UHGV virus genome: UHGV-0397188
DNA length: 40,589 nt
Direction: 5' to 3' (one strand)
Source of the DNA: a virus
A program made the translations under genes and the position numbers. The notes under the pieces were generated by a model. That model was not told the DNA's origin. It worked only from the letters and a program-made list of their open reading frames with translations, and ran no database searches. Shown here piece by piece: positions 37,932-40,589 of the stretch; positions within the stretch are counted from its first letter, which is position 1; each line of letters starts with the position of its first letter.

Positions 37932-38849
37932 ATGAAGAATAGAGAATTTATGATGTTACAGTTATTTGCGGCAGGAGACAACAATGATATGCCGATAAGG
38001 AGCTACCAGCTTGAGTTTAAAAGTCTTTTGCAGGCAGTATTTAAAAAGATGTCCTATTTCGCGGATTTTTTCGGCGGCGAACTTGAGGCACTGGATGGAG
38101 TCAGAGAAAACGAAACAGCCTTTTATGTAAAAACATCAGACATTCCGGTTGTGGTTGGAACTGGGTACGATAAAACAGCTACGAAAGCTTTTGGAACGGG
38201 AACCGGTAATTCTAGCCGTTTCGGAGAAAGAACAGAGATTATTTACACTAACACACCGGTTAATTACTCTTGGGGATGGAATTTCCATGAGGGGATTGAC
38301 CGACACACGGTAAACAATGATTTTGACGTTGCGGTAGCAGATCGCTTGGAACTGCAGGCGAGGGCTAAGACAAAGCAGTTTAACAAGCAGCACGGAAAAT
38401 TTATTTCCACATCTGCCGGAAAAACTTTAAGTGTTACTGATTATACAGAAGACAATGTATTAAAGCTGTTTAATGAGCTGTCTAAGTATTTTAACAACAT
38501 CGAAGCAGTTGGAACGAAAAAAATTAAGGTTTGTTCCGATCTGTACAATGCCGTTGTGGATCATCCTCTGAATACGACTGCTAAAAACTCTACTGTAAAC
38601 ATTGATGGCAATGAGGTTGTGAAGTTCAAGGGATTCCTTGTAGAGGAGATTCCGGATGAGCTCTTCCAGTCCAAAGAATGTGCCTATGCATATATTGCCG
38701 GAGTTGCAAAAGCATTTACTGGAATTAACACAGCGAGAACGATCGAATCCGAGGATTTTGACGGTGTAGCTTTGCAGGGAGCTGGTAAGGCTGGAGAATT
38801 TATTCCGAATGACAACAAGAAAGCTGTAGTTAAAGTGTCGGTGGGGTAG
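37932..38849 (+). CDS. major capsid protein with an N-terminal Prp-cleavable leader (MKNREFMMLQLFA|AG)
   Basis: ATG after AAGGAG (the ORF track starts at 37890); 305 aa; position after the scaffold gene; leader homologous to the scaffold leader. Confidence 0.75.
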   Translation: MKNREFMMLQLFAAGDNNDMPIRSYQLEFKSLLQAVFKKMSYFADFFGGELEALDGVRENETAFYVKTSDIPVVVGTGYDKTATKAFGTGTGNSSRFGERTEIIYTNTPVNYSWGWNFHEGIDRHTVNNDFDVAVADRLELQARAKTKQFNKQHGKFISTSAGKTLSVTDYTEDNVLKLFNELSKYFNNIEAVGTKKIKVCSDLYNAVVDHPLNTTAKNSTVNIDGNEVVKFKGFLVEEIPDELFQSKECAYAYIAGVAKAFTGINTARTIESEDFDGVALQGAGKAGEFIPNDNKKAVVKVSVG

Positions 38850-38851
38850 TA

Positions 38852-38912
38852 CCCACTGACGATACCGCCTTGATTGGCAGTGGGAAGATCGGAAAGGCAA
38901 AAGTAGGAAAAG
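38852..38912 (+). repeat. copy 2 of the conserved 61-nt element, directly 3' of the major capsid gene
   Basis: Hairpin cccactg (38852..38858) / cagtggg (38878..38884) with a compensatory change relative to copy 1; the -1 frame is open from 38834 to 38918. Confidence 0.6.
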
Positions 38913-38939
38913 CGAAATAATATAACGGAGGTAGTAGAT

Positions 38940-39296
38940 ATGGCATATACACCAACAACATGGAGCGATGGAGACGTTATTACAGCAGAGAAACTGAATA
39001 AGTTAGAGCAGGGCGTGAAGAATGAGCAGGTAGGACCAGCAGGACCAGCAGGACCAGCAGGAGCAAAAGGCGATCCAGGAGTAGCAGGACCGAAAGGCGA
39101 CAAGGGAGAACCGGGCGCACAGGGACCTGCAGGACCAAGTTACACTCTTCCAGCGGCGAATAAAACAACGCTCGGCGGTGTGAAACAGATGGCTTTGATC
39201 GAAGATTTGTCCACAGAAACAGCAACTGACCTGAAAAACAAAATCAATGCGATTCTTGCGGAGATGAAAAAACAGGGGATTATGGCGAATTCGTAA
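38940..39296 (+). CDS. small collagen-like repeat protein (GPAGPAGPAGAKGDPG...)
   Basis: GGAGGTAGTAGATATG RBS; 118 aa; 22 Gly-X-Y triplets; 'TTWSDGDVITAEKLNKLEQGV' N-terminus. Confidence 0.6.
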   Translation: MAYTPTTWSDGDVITAEKLNKLEQGVKNEQVGPAGPAGPAGAKGDPGVAGPKGDKGEPGAQGPAGPSYTLPAANKTTLGGVKQMALIEDLSTETATDLKNKINAILAEMKKQGIMANS

Positions 39297-39310
39297 GGAG
39301 TTGAAATTGA

Positions 39311-39637
39311 ATGTTGGATGATTTAAAAATTCTTCTGGGAATTGACGTTTCCGATAGGGATTCCGATGAAAAGCTTTTACTGATTCTGGAATCTGTGCGA
39401 AATCGTTTGAAACTGCTTCTTGGTGGCATGGAAGTGCCATCGAGTATGCAGCATATCGTTACGGATGTGGCAGTGATCCGGTTTAACCGCATTGGCTCTG
39501 AGGGCATGTCCTCACATAGCGTGGCTGGAGAAAGTACTACGTACAATGAAAATGATTTTTCCGCCTATATGGACGAAATACAAGCGTATCTTGACTCTGT
39601 AGACGGGGTAAAACGTGGGAGGGTGCGATTCCTATGA
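39311..39637 (+). CDS. head-tail connector / DNA-packaging adaptor (gp6-like)
   Basis: Position and size; 'LLGIDVSDRDSD...LILESV' resembles phage gp6-like connectors. Confidence 0.5.
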   Translation: MLDDLKILLGIDVSDRDSDEKLLLILESVRNRLKLLLGGMEVPSSMQHIVTDVAVIRFNRIGSEGMSSHSVAGESTTYNENDFSAYMDEIQAYLDSVDGVKRGRVRFL

Positions 39638-39948
39638 GGTATGATAAAGCTGTATATTTTCAGACGGTAGAACATGGAGCGTACAATCCAGATACTGGTG
39701 ATTACGCAGATGACCACGTGACGGAAGTGAAGAAGTACGGAAGCGTTTCAGATACCGGAACAGAAACGATGAACCTGATTTATGGCAGCATTAAACAAGG
39801 AAGTCTTACAATTCAATTGCAGACTCATTATGCAGAAATATTCCACCGGATCAGAGTCGGAAGGAAAGTGTACGGAGTGGATTTTGAGCGGAAACTTCGA
39901 ACAAAGCATGTGTTTGTAGTATCGGAGGTGCAAAGTGGCAGAAATTAA
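39634..39948 (+). CDS. head closure / head-tail joining protein
   Basis: Coupled start (ATGA); position in the connector module. Confidence 0.45.
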   Translation: MRYDKAVYFQTVEHGAYNPDTGDYADDHVTEVKKYGSVSDTGTETMNLIYGSIKQGSLTIQLQTHYAEIFHRIRVGRKVYGVDFERKLRTKHVFVVSEVQSGRN

Positions 39949-40270
39949 GTTTGAGGGAATTGTGAAGATGAGCAAAGGTTTAAAAAAGCGTATGGATATG
40001 AGTACAGTGAAGACCACCGTAAAATTGAACGGCTCTGAGATGCAAAAGAAAGCACAGAGGAAGGCTCCGGTAGATACTAGCAATCTTAAGAACAACATCG
40101 GCTTGGAGATTTCAGACGGTGGAATGACTGCCACCGTAGAGTCAACAGCTGATTATTCTGTGTACGTGGAACTAGGAACCCGCTTCATGGAAGCACAGCC
40201 ATATATGAAGCCTGCATTTGAGGAGCAGAAGAAACAGTTTGAAAAAGATTTACAAAAGCTTGTGAGGTGA
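39935..40270 (+). CDS. HK97 gp10-family tail component
   Basis: 'QRKAPVDTSNLKNNI' matches the HK97 gp10 family signature. Confidence 0.6.
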   Translation: MAEIKFEGIVKMSKGLKKRMDMSTVKTTVKLNGSEMQKKAQRKAPVDTSNLKNNIGLEISDGGMTATVESTADYSVYVELGTRFMEAQPYMKPAFEEQKKQFEKDLQKLVR

Positions 40271-40273
40271 GAC

Positions 40274-40589
40274 ATGGATCCACAGCAAGAATTATTTACA
40301 GAATTACTTACAGAGATCAAAGCATTAGGATGTGACGTATATGATGGCTTCTTACCGCCGGATGGTACGCCGTATCCTTTTGTTTATCTCGCAGATAGCC
40401 AACAGTCAGATGATGCCAATAAAACGGCTGTGTTTGGCAATGTGTATCAGACAATTCATGTCTGGCACAACAATCCAAGACAGAGGGGAACGGTGTCAAA
40501 AATGCTGCTGGCGATCAAAAGCGCATGCAGAAGACTGGATCATACCGAAAATTTTGCATGGAATGTCCGGAATGTAAACCAGAGGATAC
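40274..40589 (+). CDS. tail completion-type protein, 3'-truncated by the window edge
   Basis: An ATG ORF open to the end of the window; expected position before the major tail gene, which is at the window start. Confidence 0.4.
   Translation, partial: MDPQQELFTELLTEIKALGCDVYDGFLPPDGTPYPFVYLADSQQSDDANKTAVFGNVYQTIHVWHNNPRQRGTVSKMLLAIKSACRRLDHTENFAWNVRNVNQRI

Noticed and set aside
38980-39440. Minus-strand ORFs 38980..39225, 39003..39440 and 38684..39103
   Set aside because: Antisense or shifted frames of the collagen-like gene and the capsid 3' end. Repeat-driven open frames, not genes.
40584-40589. The 6-mer ggatac at the window end also occurs at positions 5..10
   Set aside because: Too short to indicate a terminal overlap. 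The adjacent bases differ (agaggatac versus tccggatac), so it is not evidence of circular-contig redundancy.

Overview
The 40.6-kb window reads as an essentially complete temperate siphovirus genome, most likely from a low-GC Firmicute (Clostridia-like) host. It has one unbroken set of phage modules and no recognisable host genes. In order, it contains: (1) a tail module with a major tail protein, a G/GT chaperone pair with a GGGTTTC -1 slippery site, a tape measure protein, a distal tail protein and a giant tail fibre with collagen-like repeats; (2) a lysis cassette with XhlA-like, holin and amidase genes; (3) a large serine integrase on the minus strand; (4) an AT-rich accessory island with a MazF/PemK-fold fusion protein, a small membrane protein and a 292-aa unknown protein; (5) an ImmR/ImmA repressor module, a Cro-like gene and operator repeats; (6) an early region with antirepressors, ERF, SSB, an ERCC4-like nuclease, a CHC2 zinc-finger protein and a Walker-A replication protein, plus a GTTACC iteron field; (7) many small genes including a Lar-like anti-restriction protein and an ArpU/sigma-like late regulator; (8) a structured non-coding region and a tRNA-Asn(GUU); (9) terS, terL, portal, head morphogenesis, Prp protease, scaffold, major capsid, a collagen-like protein and head-tail connectors. 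The window starts and ends inside the tail and head-tail joining genes, so its two ends probably join. The integrase sits between the lysis and lysogeny modules, which is the phage (not integrated) gene order. The most unusual signals are a conserved 61-nt hairpin element directly after both the major tail and major capsid stop codons, and the AT-rich island next to the integrase.
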